Shown: positions 29,830-39,427 of the stretch, piece after piece
Numbering within the stretch: the stretch's first letter is position 1
Layout of the letters: each line of letters opens with the position of its first letter
IMG/VR virus record: IMGVR_UViG_3300033141_004852
Span: 1 to 64,000 of that record
Origin: a virus
Strand: one strand, 5' to 3'
Length of the DNA: 64,000 nucleotides
The notes under the pieces: generated by a model
Databases searched by the model: none
What the model was told of the DNA's origin: nothing
Seen by the model: the letters and a program-made list of their open reading frames with translations, nothing else
Program-made: the position numbers and the translations under genes

Positions 29830-30727
29830 CACCAAACACTTGTGCCGCGCCACCCTCCACTCCCGCGGGCGCATCATCCTCCGGCACCGGCGACAGCCCA
29901 TCTGCCTGCCGCCACGCCTGCCACATTTGATCCACCCCGGGCACGGATGTCTTGAGGATACGGGCCGCATCCTCCAAAGTCAACTTCGGGCGCCCACACT
30001 CGCACTTCTCCTCCAACATCTCCCGCACAGCCGTGCTCCAAATCGGGAAAGTCGGGTGGTTGAGGAAAGCATGAGACCACGGCGTGTGGACGATCTTCCA
30101 CTCGGCGGGGATACCATTCCCCTTCAAGGCGGCTATCACCGTCTCCGCCAACACGGTGTCGATCCCACGCCGCTCTAGAATCTGCTGAAACTGCGTCCAG
30201 TCCGGTCGGTACTCCACGCTCATCAAAGCGTAAACCATCTGAATATGCCCACACGCTCGGCATGCATACGCCCGCTCCAAGCCGTGCTTTTCCATGAAGC
30301 GCCCCACCCGCTTCCGCAACGCTTCCACATAGCGCATCGGATCCTCGCGGTCCGCGGAGGATCCAACGATGCCCATCTTCACGTACATATCCAGGAGATC
30401 CCGGCGGAGTCGGCGCGCCTCAGAGCGGAATCCCGAACTCACCTTCAAGTTCGGTACGGGCTTCGCATCCTCCATGCGCGCCTTCGCATCCAGGCGCAGT
30501 ACATCCAACTGCATCTGCAACAACATCCGCAACAAATGAGCGTTTGATACCTGCTGGAAGCTCTGGTAGCCCTCAAGAAGATTACGGAGAGCACTCGCCA
30601 TCTCCGCCCGAAACTCCGCAGGGCAGTCAAGACTCGAACCATCGGGGAGACGCAGATCATCCTCCGAGACTATGGGAGCCGTCGGATCAACCTTCCCCGT
30701 GAGAGTGGCTTTGGAACTCCGCCGCAT
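29816..30727 (-). CDS. Putative terminase small subunit or packaging-associated protein
   Basis: Immediately upstream of and overlapping the large terminase; helical, with CxxC and a C-terminal HTH-like segment. Confidence 0.5.
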   Translation of the reverse strand: MRRSSKATLTGKVDPTAPIVSEDDLRLPDGSSLDCPAEFRAEMASALRNLLEGYQSFQQVSNAHLLRMLLQMQLDVLRLDAKARMEDAKPVPNLKVSSGFRSEARRLRRDLLDMYVKMGIVGSSADREDPMRYVEALRKRVGRFMEKHGLERAYACRACGHIQMVYALMSVEYRPDWTQFQQILERRGIDTVLAETVIAALKGNGIPAEWKIVHTPWSHAFLNHPTFPIWSTAVREMLEEKCECGRPKLTLEDAARILKTSVPGVDQMWQAWRQADGLSPVPEDDAPAGVEGGAAQVFGDDGD

Positions 30728-31154
30728 CCGGCACCTCCTCTACTCGGTAGTAAATCTGCTTCAACCTCGCTTGTGCTACCACCTGTTCAATTCGACATCC
30801 CTTGGAATCACCCCACCCGGGAAGAAACAACACAGCATCGGAACGATACAGCCACGCAATATCTGCCGGAAGCACGCGGTCGTAATCCGCCCACCACTCC
30901 AACTCCGCCCCGTACAGGGCCGTTACGTGCGGACAGTACACCGCCCAACCCTTACGAGATACCTCGAAGAAAGCAGCCACAGCCGCCGCAACGTTCCGTT
31001 CGAGAATCGCCCGCCGACACGCTGCATCCGCAGGCGGGCTAATCGGCCCCGCCAAGTACAATGTAGGTATCTCCAGAGCCTGCTTACCGTACATCTCCGC
31101 GAGATCCCAAATATGATCGTCCGTGCCCTTGGGAACTACGATGTTATCACTCAT
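30687..31154 (-). CDS. DUF4406/DUF1937-like nucleoside deoxyribosyltransferase-fold protein
   Basis: LYLAGPIS, CPH, D..WL..SDAVLFLPGW..SKGC..E motifs. Confidence 0.8.
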   Translation of the reverse strand: MSDNIVVPKGTDDHIWDLAEMYGKQALEIPTLYLAGPISPPADAACRRAILERNVAAAVAAFFEVSRKGWAVYCPHVTALYGAELEWWADYDRVLPADIAWLYRSDAVLFLPGWGDSKGCRIEQVVAQARLKQIYYRVEEVPDAAEFQSHSHGEG

Positions 31155-31926
31155 CAGCACGCGGCCTCCAATCCCGAATCCGCCGCCACACCCCGCCAGG
31201 ACAAGCATCCCACGACCAGAAGTTCGCTCCCAACAGCTTGGTATCATCGCACGCTTGGAGAAACACCTCGAACTTCTTGATCGCCTCCGATTGTTTATCC
31301 TCCGTCGGAGCACCCATCCCCGCCCAATATGCCGCGCCTGTGGGAATCAGAGGAATGTCGTCCCAGAAACCAACGTCTCGATACTGGCGGATACTCTCCG
31401 CCAATGCCCACTTAGGATCATGTGAGTACCAATACACCTGCGGCATCACGAAGTCTACTTGGCGAGCGAACTCCCGCCAGGGAACACTCGCGTGCCGATG
31501 CGGGAGATAATACGATGAGAGGCCGATTCGCGTCTTCGCCCGCGCTCCCGACAACAACCGACATCGTAAGTGGCGGAGAAACTTCCGCACATCCTCGGGG
31601 TGGTTCTCCACCTCAACTTCCGCATCCACAACATACCAATCCACGTGATAATCATGGATGACCGACGCCGCCAACTCCGCTTCGAGAACATCCATTTCAC
31701 AAGTGTGATACCCCCACAGCATAGGGATAATATCCGCTTCACGGAGTGCCCAAACTAGGTCCCCCAATTGCTGAGAATTGTAGCGATGTAGCCCCCGCGT
31801 CGTCGCCACCGCCTTGATCAGCACATACGACAACCCCGCGCGCTGCGCCTTCGCCACAATCTCCCCCACATCTCCCTCACATGCTTGGGAGATCTTCCAA
31901 ATCCACATTCCCTTGCCAGTCAACAT
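31147..31926 (-). CDS. Putative endolysin, GH25-like TIM-barrel glycoside hydrolase
   Basis: GKGMWIW, VLIKA, WGY, VVDAEVE (DxE) and MPQVYW motifs; no cell-wall binding domain seen. Confidence 0.6.
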   Translation of the reverse strand: MLTGKGMWIWKISQACEGDVGEIVAKAQRAGLSYVLIKAVATTRGLHRYNSQQLGDLVWALREADIIPMLWGYHTCEMDVLEAELAASVIHDYHVDWYVVDAEVEVENHPEDVRKFLRHLRCRLLSGARAKTRIGLSSYYLPHRHASVPWREFARQVDFVMPQVYWYSHDPKWALAESIRQYRDVGFWDDIPLIPTGAAYWAGMGAPTEDKQSEAIKKFEVFLQACDDTKLLGANFWSWDACPGGVWRRIRDWRPRADE

Positions 31927-31930
31927 AGCC

Positions 31931-32437
31931 TTACTCCTCGTCGGCAGTCACTCGCCGCAACGCCCCATCATCCTGAATCTGATAGACACGCAAGGCGCCG
32001 CAGCGAACGAACTCCCGGGACAGGTCGTCGTACCACAACCCCACACCCAGCGTCTCCTGGACAATAATGTCCCTAACGCCGACCTCCACCAAAAAGGCAC
32101 AGCACTTCCCACACGGCACCCCACAGTCACAAACAAGCACCGACCTCGCCAAGGTCTCTGGGGACACCCCCACATCCAGTGCTTTCCACACGGTACGCAC
32201 CTCCGCATGTATGGCGGGGCAACCAGAGAGATCACTGCGGAAGGCGCGTCGGTTGAGAGGCCAGCGACAACCCATAGCGCACAAACCACTCGCCGCCGCA
32301 GGCGGTCCGTTCCAGCCCTCAGCAATAAGTGCCGCTTTCCGCGTTACCAGCACGCACCCAATCAGGCGGGAGTAGCATGTTCCAGTCCACACACCTACTT
32401 GGTGTGCCCGCCGAAACAAAGACGGTAGCCGCTCCAC
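31931..32437 (-). CDS. dCMP deaminase (start uncertain)
   Basis: TC.SR.IGCVLV, GWNGPP, HAE and PCGKC zinc motifs. Confidence 0.88.
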   Translation of the reverse strand: MERLPSLFRRAHQVGVWTGTCYSRLIGCVLVTRKAALIAEGWNGPPAAASGLCAMGCRWPLNRRAFRSDLSGCPAIHAEVRTVWKALDVGVSPETLARSVLVCDCGVPCGKCCAFLVEVGVRDIIVQETLGVGLWYDDLSREFVRCGALRVYQIQDDGALRRVTADEE

Positions 32438-32441
32438 TAAC

Positions 32442-32873
32442 TCACGATGATTGCTCAGATCGTCTTCTAGCTCGGCGTCGCTCAGCCTTTCGTCGGTTGT
32501 ACTCACGAATCCTCTCCTTCCGACACTTCTCACAGAGTTTCTTCCCCTTCTCACGCGGGCGGTTACAGGAGATACACCGCCAAATACCAAGTTGGCGGCG
32601 AAGTTCCCGCAGATGGCTCACCGAATACCCGGTAGCCCGCGCCACCTCGTCAAGCGTCAACCCCGAACGAAGGAGCCGGCGCGCCATCTTAGCATAGTCG
32701 GGGAGTCCCAGAGTCTTTCTCCCACCCGCGCGACTAACTACCTGCTGCACGTAGGAACGGCTGACGCCTACCTTACGCGCCACCGCAGCGTAGCGACCGC
32801 GGTACATGGGGTCCAGGCCCGTCAGAAGTTCGAGGACCTGATCCTTCTTCGATTTACCAGTAGTGGGAGCCAT
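32442..32873 (-). CDS. Double HTH plus zinc-finger DNA-binding protein
   Basis: AAVARKVGVSRSYV and LDEVARATGYS HTH motifs; CISC..CEKC. Confidence 0.7.
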   Translation of the reverse strand: MAPTTGKSKKDQVLELLTGLDPMYRGRYAAVARKVGVSRSYVQQVVSRAGGRKTLGLPDYAKMARRLLRSGLTLDEVARATGYSVSHLRELRRQLGIWRCISCNRPREKGKKLCEKCRKERIREYNRRKAERRRARRRSEQSS

Positions 32874-33024
32874 TACGCACCTCATCATGCCAATGCGGAC
32901 GTTGTGTAAAGTCCGTGTTCTGTTGTCGTCGTTGCGAACTCGGCAGGTTGTATCGCTTCGATTGCTCGTTGAGGATGTGGAATACCACCCAAACGAGAAA
33001 GCCCAGGATCACGATGCCCCACAT
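32854..33024 (-). CDS. Small membrane protein, 56 aa, not in the ORF track
   Basis: MWGIVILGFLVWVVFHILNEQ..., GAGGT RBS, fills the gap exactly. Confidence 0.55.
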   Translation of the reverse strand: MWGIVILGFLVWVVFHILNEQSKRYNLPSSQRRQQNTDFTQRPHWHDEVRNGSHYW

Positions 33025-33510
33025 CTAGATCACCACCTCGTCGGTGCCGTATGCCTTCCCCACCTTCTGGCGAACAGCCTCCGCCACAGTCGTCTGCGAC
33101 TCACGTAGCCGCATCGCCACCACAATCGCCGCCAACCAGAGAATGTCCTGCAACGACTCCACCCAATCCTCGTTGGCGGGCGAGACCTCGCCCTTCCCAA
33201 GAATCCGCGAGCGAGTATCTTGTCCGATTAGATTGAGGAGGCGGATTGCCTTCTCCCCCAACCGCCGCGCCGGGGCGTGCCAAGGAGGACTCCCCTCACT
33301 CCGCGCCTGTGCAGTGTAATTCCAGAAGGTGTCCCCATCCGTGCCGTAGTCCTGCCCCTTCCGCACCGCCAACCCCGACACCACATCCAACATCGCCGCC
33401 ACCGCGAGCACGCGGTCGGGGGGCATCTGCTGCAACTGCGCCAGTAGTTCATCGAAGTCGATGGTGAAGGGCCCGGCTACCAACGTTCGGTCTCGAATCT
33501 GCGCCGTCAT
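33025..33510 (-). CDS. DUF1599-like / nucleotide modification-associated helical domain protein
   Basis: KGQDYG..D.F.NY, R..EK..RL and E...ESLQDI motifs. Confidence 0.7.
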   Translation of the reverse strand: MTAQIRDRTLVAGPFTIDFDELLAQLQQMPPDRVLAVAAMLDVVSGLAVRKGQDYGTDGDTFWNYTAQARSEGSPPWHAPARRLGEKAIRLLNLIGQDTRSRILGKGEVSPANEDWVESLQDILWLAAIVVAMRLRESQTTVAEAVRQKVGKAYGTDEVVI

Positions 33511-33576
33511 CGCAAACCTCCTCCAGGAGATGTGTGAGGGCCCGCCAGAAACGACGGGCCCCCGGCCAAGTGTGCA

Positions 33577-34062
33577 TCAGAACCGCACGGAAACCCCTGC
33601 GGCTACAGCCACGGCCCAGTTCGGCAGGCCGATCGGATCAAGGGTGTAAGAGCTGAGTTCATCGGGGACGAACTCCACGTAGATATTCAGCGAAGCACCC
33701 CGAACGCTTCCTGCTTTAGTGCCCACTCCCATGCCGAGACGCCCCTTCGCCGGTTCCTTGGTCAGGACCCCGATGTTTCCCAAGAAAGGGGCGCCGTCGT
33801 AGCTACCGAAGCCGGCCTGCACGCCGGATAACACATTCGTGTCTCGGTCACCAGTTACGTACAGTAGATTCCCTGCATCAGGGGATTTGACCGCATCGGC
33901 GAGGAAACTCGCCCCCTCGGCCACCGCACCAGTCGCCACGACACCCGTATCCAGGGTATCGAGCAGGAACTCCGACAGCACGCTCGCCGTCGCCGGAGTC
34001 GTAGTCATGCTCACCATGCAAACGAGCAGGACCGTCAGCAACAACCATCGCATGAGTCGCAT
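33577..34062 (-). CDS. Exported protein, possible small outer-membrane beta-barrel
   Basis: Signal peptide MRLMRWLLLTVLLVC..ATA; alternating beta pattern ending GVSVRF. Confidence 0.55.
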   Translation of the reverse strand: MRLMRWLLLTVLLVCMVSMTTTPATASVLSEFLLDTLDTGVVATGAVAEGASFLADAVKSPDAGNLLYVTGDRDTNVLSGVQAGFGSYDGAPFLGNIGVLTKEPAKGRLGMGVGTKAGSVRGASLNIYVEFVPDELSSYTLDPIGLPNWAVAVAAGVSVRF

Positions 34063-34082
34063 AGCGACCTCCTTCCGCCCCA

Positions 34083-35093
34083 TCATGTATGGGACACGTA
34101 GTCTAGTACGCGGTCCACGAACCGCGGCACGTCCTCACACGCAAAATCATAAGCCGGTGGAATCGTACCCCCGGGATCACTCATACTCGCCCCGTGCCGT
34201 ACCGAGTACACGAACAACTGCGCCCGGTTCTCAGCGGCGCGGGAGAGAGCCCATCGCATCGCCCAGTGATTCCCGACATCCACCACGTACTCCACCGCCC
34301 GCTCCAGAAGTTCCACCGCCCCGAGATCATCGATACTCACCCACGGCTGCCGCTGCGGTGGCTTCGTCACATCCGCCGCATCGAGGGCAATCACCACATC
34401 GGCATAGACACTATCCCGCGAGCCGTCAGCGGGACGCGGGTGTGGATTATCATGCAACAACGACAACAACGGGAGCGCGCACCCAACCCCACCGTCCCAG
34501 TACCCACATGGTCGCCGAACTCCCGCCTGTGCCCCCACAATAGTCTCATGCCGGAAACCAAAGGGAATCGCCGTACTCGCGCGCACCGCCTGCGCCACCT
34601 CCACCGGCTCGGGAGTCAACTGCGGGCCCATCATCGTCGTGACTCCGCAGTTGATGTTCCAAGCGGGAATGTACAATGCCGTCGACAAATCCTCAAAAGT
34701 GACACGCCCTATATGCCTACGCACCCACTCACGGATCTTGCCCCCCTCCAAGATTCCCGTAAACCCGGGGAGGAACTTCCGCTTCCACAAACTACGAAAG
34801 AGAGCGGTGTACACTCGACGACGGTTCCAATCCTCCCACACCGCACGAGAAGTAATGCCCAACAACGCCCGCTCCATATCCGCCGCAGGAAGACCCCGTG
34901 CGGCCAATGCCGCCCACGGCGCCGAACCACTCGACCCCGCATACGCCACCACGCGCCGCCGAAGCCCACGCCGCTCGAACTCGCGTACCAACGCCACGTA
35001 CGCAGCAGCGGGCTTCAAACCACCGATAGAGCCTGTAATCGCAAAGGTATGCTTAGTCACCGAGCGCTCACCCACGTTTTCCCTTTCCCGCAT
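34083..35093 (-). CDS. Patatin-like phospholipase
   Basis: GSIGG oxyanion region, AGSSGSA nucleophile elbow, AVRASTAIP and YWDGG. Confidence 0.85.
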   Translation of the reverse strand: MRERENVGERSVTKHTFAITGSIGGLKPAAAYVALVREFERRGLRRRVVAYAGSSGSAPWAALAARGLPAADMERALLGITSRAVWEDWNRRRVYTALFRSLWKRKFLPGFTGILEGGKIREWVRRHIGRVTFEDLSTALYIPAWNINCGVTTMMGPQLTPEPVEVAQAVRASTAIPFGFRHETIVGAQAGVRRPCGYWDGGVGCALPLLSLLHDNPHPRPADGSRDSVYADVVIALDAADVTKPPQRQPWVSIDDLGAVELLERAVEYVVDVGNHWAMRWALSRAAENRAQLFVYSVRHGASMSDPGGTIPPAYDFACEDVPRFVDRVLDYVSHT

Positions 35094-35475
35094 TCTCCCG
35101 TTCCCACTTCTTCATCGCACTCCGCACAGCCGTCTGTTCGTGCTGCGCCTGCAACTGCTCGATCACTTCACCCTTCGACATTCTCTGCCAATCCGCCGTG
35201 CGTGAGCGAACTCCGCAGATCCCACACGTCAGATACTTCGGCAAAGGATCCGCAAACCGACGGATTCCCCGCTCACAACGAGGACAACGAAGCCCGAACG
35301 GGGGCGCTGGCGCATCATCGGTTACCATGATCTTCTGCTCCTTTGAGAACGAAGGTAGTAGGTGATACCACTGTGGTCCGGTATCTTCGAGTCCTACCCG
35401 CCACACCTTGGGCATATCGACCCCGCACAGAAGCGCTCGAAGTCGCGTCTGGTTCCCGTAGGGGAACTTTGGCAC
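35068..35475 (-). CDS. Zinc-ribbon hypothetical protein
   Basis: CPRC..CGICG. Confidence 0.5.
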   Translation of the reverse strand: MPKFPYGNQTRLRALLCGVDMPKVWRVGLEDTGPQWYHLLPSFSKEQKIMVTDDAPAPPFGLRCPRCERGIRRFADPLPKYLTCGICGVRSRTADWQRMSKGEVIEQLQAQHEQTAVRSAMKKWERENAGKGKRG

Positions 35476-35514
35476 GAGGTCTCAGCGCGGCCTGCCTCCT
35501 CTCACCCACTACTT

Positions 35515-36045
35515 TCAAAATACTGTACCATCCAACGTCTGCAATACCATTCGCGCCGCTTTCCGCGCACGGCACAAACGCACCCGCTCCTTCCCGCGCA
35601 GACTCTCACCCACCAGAGCCCTCTGAAGAATCTCCTGATAGTGCCGTGGCAACTGCGAGCAAACAGCGCCGAACAAACAACGCGCCACAGCATCGGCCTC
35701 CACATTTACTCCCGCACTCACCGCCCCCCGTTCTCCCGTCGGCAACATCCGTATCTCCGCATCCTCATCCGGCAACTCCATAACGGGATGGACACTCATC
35801 GCCCGCACCCAATTACTCGCCGCGCCCCGCAGCGACGCCCACACGTAGCCCCATTGTTCCCGAAGTGAGCGTGTACTATCAACCCGCGGAAGAATCAACG
35901 CATACAACGCCTCGATCAACGCCTCCTCCAGATCCTGATACTCAACTTCATCCTGCACCGGCAACCATTTCCGACTAAGCCTCCCCACAACTACCAACCA
36001 CGTCTCCCCCGATACATCCTTCGGTGCTACCTCTTCCAGAAACAT
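35515..36045 (-). CDS. Degenerate sigma-70/ECF-like protein
   Basis: Region-2-like YQDLEE..D.TRS..YVW..LRGA and region-4-like LPRHYQEIL..RARK. Confidence 0.55.
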   Translation of the reverse strand: MFLEEVAPKDVSGETWLVVVGRLSRKWLPVQDEVEYQDLEEALIEALYALILPRVDSTRSLREQWGYVWASLRGAASNWVRAMSVHPVMELPDEDAEIRMLPTGERGAVSAGVNVEADAVARCLFGAVCSQLPRHYQEILQRALVGESLRGKERVRLCRARKAARMVLQTLDGTVF

Positions 36046-36054
36046 TCTGGCCTC

Positions 36055-36387
36055 CTAAGCCGCCCACTGCAATCGCTTCGCACCACAGAGTGGGCACCGT
36101 TTATCCATCAACATCGCATCGGGTTTCAACAACACCCGCGACGTTCGTCCACACGCACGACACAACACCTCCGGCAACTCCTGGAGGAATTGCCGCACCC
36201 GCTCCGTCCGCAAGTACACCACCGAGGGTCCGCGTGTACCTCCGCTGAATAGCACTTCCGCCGTCAACCCCCGGACCAACAGGGTCCGCTTCCCGCTGGC
36301 AGCCCGTCCGAGTATCACCGTGAAACCGGGGCTACCTACGCGCTCCGCGTCTCGACATCTCCTTTCCAAGTCCACTAGACTCACCAT
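36055..36387 (-). CDS. Zinc-ribbon hypothetical protein
   Basis: CRACG..CPLCG; directly behind a promoter. Confidence 0.55.
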   Translation of the reverse strand: MVSLVDLERRCRDAERVGSPGFTVILGRAASGKRTLLVRGLTAEVLFSGGTRGPSVVYLRTERVRQFLQELPEVLCRACGRTSRVLLKPDAMLMDKRCPLCGAKRLQWAA

Positions 36388-36389
36388 TA

Positions 36390-36418
36390 TCTATACCACA
36401 TTTAGCCTGAAATGTCAA
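36390..36418 (-). promoter_or_regulatory. Sigma-70-type promoter
   Basis: TTGACA-N17-TATAGA with extended TG; the spacer contains the inverted repeat ACATTT..AAATGT. Confidence 0.65.
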
Positions 36419-36779
36419 GTGCTAATTTCACCCGCTGGAGAGACCGTACCCGCTCAATAGGTACTTCCAGAAGTCGCGACGCCGACTCGTGGTCCCAGGG
36501 CATCAACGCCTGACACTTTGCCTCCGCCGCACGGTAGTTCGTCCGCACAGCACCCTGAAGCCACCGTAGGGCGTCCTGCGCCAACACCACCGAAGTCCTC
36601 GCCCCACTCAGATAGCGCCGGTACAAATTAGCGCGCACCAAATCGGCAGTCCACGGCCACACCCAAGACCAACGGCGGTCCACCAACCCTAGCGGAAACG
36701 CGTCGTCAAAAAGCCCCGATACACCATACTCGATCAGGAGATCTCTGCCATCGGCGTCGAGGAATTGGTAGCTATGCAC
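36402..36779 (-). CDS. Hypothetical protein
   Basis: In-operon ORF. Confidence 0.45.
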   Translation of the reverse strand: MHSYQFLDADGRDLLIEYGVSGLFDDAFPLGLVDRRWSWVWPWTADLVRANLYRRYLSGARTSVVLAQDALRWLQGAVRTNYRAAEAKCQALMPWDHESASRLLEVPIERVRSLQRVKLALDISG

Positions 36780-37222
36780 GGCGCATGTTCTCCCTGTCGC
36801 GGAACCACGCGAATATACACATACAACCCCACTTGCTCGTCCTTATCGGGGTAGAATTGCCACACTTCCGCCTGCACACATACTCGCGGATATTGAAGCC
36901 ACTCAGACACCTGAGTCGCCACCCCCCGCTCCCACTGATCCCGCGCATCCTCCCCACAGTTCGGACAATGAGAATACTCGTAATCGGGGAATGTCTGCTC
37001 GCAAACATGACACAGCGCGCGGTTCGGAAGGTAGCCGACAAACTGCCACCCATCACCTACCCAAGCATGGACTTGCACTGCATGGGAATCATGGGAGTTT
37101 TCCGGTTCGGGGACCAACTGCAACACATGCGGCCACATCCGCCGAAATCTCCCGAGGGCCCCCTGTACCTCCGGGCGGCGAGTCCCAACCAAGTGAGTAT
37201 ACCAGAAACGGAGGATTTTCAT
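36734..37222 (-). CDS. HIRAN domain protein with zinc-ribbon insertion
   Basis: LVG, LVPEPENSHDSHAVQV and VGYLP; CHVC..CPNCG insert. Confidence 0.8.
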   Translation of the reverse strand: MKILRFWYTHLVGTRRPEVQGALGRFRRMWPHVLQLVPEPENSHDSHAVQVHAWVGDGWQFVGYLPNRALCHVCEQTFPDYEYSHCPNCGEDARDQWERGVATQVSEWLQYPRVCVQAEVWQFYPDKDEQVGLYVYIRVVPRQGEHAPCIATNSSTPMAEIS

Positions 37223-37998
37223 GGCGACGCTCCCGCTACTGCATACTTCGTCTGATCATCGTCACCCATACACCAACGCCGCACCCGCTCCACCGACCGG
37301 CGTATCCGCGCAGCAACCGTAGAAGCCGGGAGTCGATACCCAATAGCCAACTCCCGATACGACTGCTCATCCACATAGTATCCCCACACCAACTCACGAT
37401 CAAGTGGTGGGAGGCGTTGCAGTCCATCCATCACCGCCACGCGACGAAGAATCCGATCCTCGAAACGCTCCCCCGTCTCCGAAGTCACCACATCCTGCAA
37501 GGTAGCGGGGGTTCCACTCTCACCACTATCCAGTGGTAAGTCAAGGCTCGTGACATTGGTGCAGATGTACCAGATCTGCGAGAGGCGCTCCACCATCTCC
37601 CCCGTAATTTGCTTCCCCAATACGGTGGCCTGCACATCTACCGCAATTTCCTCCGGGGTGGGTTGTCGGCGGAGCTGATCCGCCAACCGCTCCTGTGAGC
37701 GGTGAATCTTTGACATGATCTCCTGAATCCACGCAGGGCGCCGGATAAGGCGTCCCCGATCCCGGAGGTAATGCTGCATCCCACTGCGGCCGCGGTTCAC
37801 CAACCAGGTCACGATAGACGACTTACTCGGGTCGAACCACGCCATCCCACTAAGTGCCGACACCCACCCGGCCTGCACAAGATCTGCCCACTCATCCCGC
37901 GGCGCGCCCCACTTCCTCGCCAGATACCAAAGCGACTGCGTCACCTGGGCGATAACCAGAGGATTCAGATCCGACAGCGGAGAATCATCGGTAGCCAT
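37219..37998 (-). CDS. RNA polymerase sigma factor, SigB/SigF/FliA-like (group 3)
   Basis: DLVQAG, FDPSK, YLRD..LIRRP, PTPEEIA, SLDLPL and region 4 HTH. Confidence 0.88.
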   Translation of the reverse strand: MATDDSPLSDLNPLVIAQVTQSLWYLARKWGAPRDEWADLVQAGWVSALSGMAWFDPSKSSIVTWLVNRGRSGMQHYLRDRGRLIRRPAWIQEIMSKIHRSQERLADQLRRQPTPEEIAVDVQATVLGKQITGEMVERLSQIWYICTNVTSLDLPLDSGESGTPATLQDVVTSETGERFEDRILRRVAVMDGLQRLPPLDRELVWGYYVDEQSYRELAIGYRLPASTVAARIRRSVERVRRWCMGDDDQTKYAVAGASP

Positions 37999-38003
37999 GC
38001 TAC

Positions 38004-38366
38004 TCAACACCCCTTACCATGTCGCAAAGGTCTGCACTCGTTGACACCCATTTTCCGCTCCACCGCCGCGCCCATATCCATCCCAACCGCTGCCGTGAGA
38101 TCGAGGAGGCGAATCAACGTGTCGGCGAGTTCCTCCTCGATAGCATGGCGCGCAGCCTCATCTCGACGAGGCAGCCAGAGTCGGTAGGCTTCCATCGCCT
38201 CCCCCAATTCCGTGACAATCAACATGAGTTTCTCGGGGAAGTTATGCCAGCCGGTAGTGAATCCCTTCCTCTGCCGCCAGTCGGTGATATATTCCGAAAG
38301 CGAGCGTAATGCTCGCCGCACCCGTCGCCAGTCAGCCTGTGTCAACCTCGTACCATTCTCCATCAT
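38004..38366 (-). CDS. MazG-like nucleotide pyrophosphohydrolase
   Basis: LIVTELGEAMEAYR..EEELAD..IRLLD..KM.VN..RP..HGK. Confidence 0.85.
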   Translation of the reverse strand: MMENGTRLTQADWRRVRRALRSLSEYITDWRQRKGFTTGWHNFPEKLMLIVTELGEAMEAYRLWLPRRDEAARHAIEEELADTLIRLLDLTAAVGMDMGAAVERKMGVNECRPLRHGKGC

Positions 38367-38369
38367 GTA

Positions 38370-38843
38370 TCACTCCGTGACCACCAAACGCTCGTCATCC
38401 CCCTCCCGCATATCCATCTCCGGCATCCCCGCGGCGCTGTGGTCATCCGTATAATACGCCGCCAAGAAAGCTCGCGTCAGCACCTCGACAACACGCTCCT
38501 CCACATCCTGCACCCAGGCAATCCCGACGCGCAACGACGCGTCAATCCCCTTTCCCAGAATCCGCTCCGCGACGCTCACCCCCGCCCACGTCAGATCCGC
38601 CACCAGGATATGAACGACCTCGTGGCAAGCAACTCGCCGACTGGGCTCCGCGCCGCGGGGGATCGTCACCGTCGCCATCCGGTAGTTGACCCACTCAGTG
38701 TCAGTCTCCGCGTCCACTTTCGCTGGTAAGTCATCCCCCCACCGGACACGAATCATCCAACCCGGGTCGCGTAGCAACCGAGTGGCCCAAACCCGGATCA
38801 GTTTCTCCCACACTGCTAGTTTATCGACTTCGGCGTCCGCCAT
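38370..38843 (-). CDS. Zincin-like HExxH protein
   Basis: CHEVVHI plus downstream EE. Confidence 0.6.
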   Translation of the reverse strand: MADAEVDKLAVWEKLIRVWATRLLRDPGWMIRVRWGDDLPAKVDAETDTEWVNYRMATVTIPRGAEPSRRVACHEVVHILVADLTWAGVSVAERILGKGIDASLRVGIAWVQDVEERVVEVLTRAFLAAYYTDDHSAAGMPEMDMREGDDERLVVTE

Positions 38844-38850
38844 AGTCACC

Positions 38851-39426
38851 TCACTTCATCTCGTGTACGGTAATCTCCACCACACACCCCTCACAATACC
38901 ACAGAATCTCAGTTACTGCATCCCGCCGTGCAGGGAGACTGAAAGTCCGCCCCCGCCAATGCTCCCCTAGGGGACAAATATGAGCAACGTGGTTCTGATA
39001 GGAAACCAGATACTCCAGTTGCCGCCCACTATCCACCTGGCTCGTTGAGGGTCCCATTGTCATCACAATACGCTGGTCAGCAGGCTCCGGGCCCAACACG
39101 ATCCCAGCTCCCACCTGATTCGCTCGAAAACGAGCGTACCGTAGCGGCCACACCTGCGCGGTCTCACGCGTCGCCCACCAGAAATCCGCCCACTTACGAC
39201 GCGGAAGCCAGCAAGCAACGCGCTCAACCCGCACCCGCAAGTGGGAACCACTCCAGCGCAATGCCGCAATCGCCGAGCCGATCCCATCCCACTTCCCCAC
39301 ACGAACCTCATCCTGCGACCGCGGAGCCGCCAACTCCCATCGAGAATCACCGAGATAGGTCAGGCCTCGGTTATGTTCGGGTTTACCATCCCGACCCCAA
39401 AGGGGAAATACGCGGAGTGTGGACAT
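38851..39426 (-). CDS. Hypothetical protein
   Basis: ATG with GGAGG; packed in operon. Confidence 0.45.
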   Translation of the reverse strand: MSTLRVFPLWGRDGKPEHNRGLTYLGDSRWELAAPRSQDEVRVGKWDGIGSAIAALRWSGSHLRVRVERVACWLPRRKWADFWWATRETAQVWPLRYARFRANQVGAGIVLGPEPADQRIVMTMGPSTSQVDSGRQLEYLVSYQNHVAHICPLGEHWRGRTFSLPARRDAVTEILWYCEGCVVEITVHEMK

Positions 39427-39427
39427 T

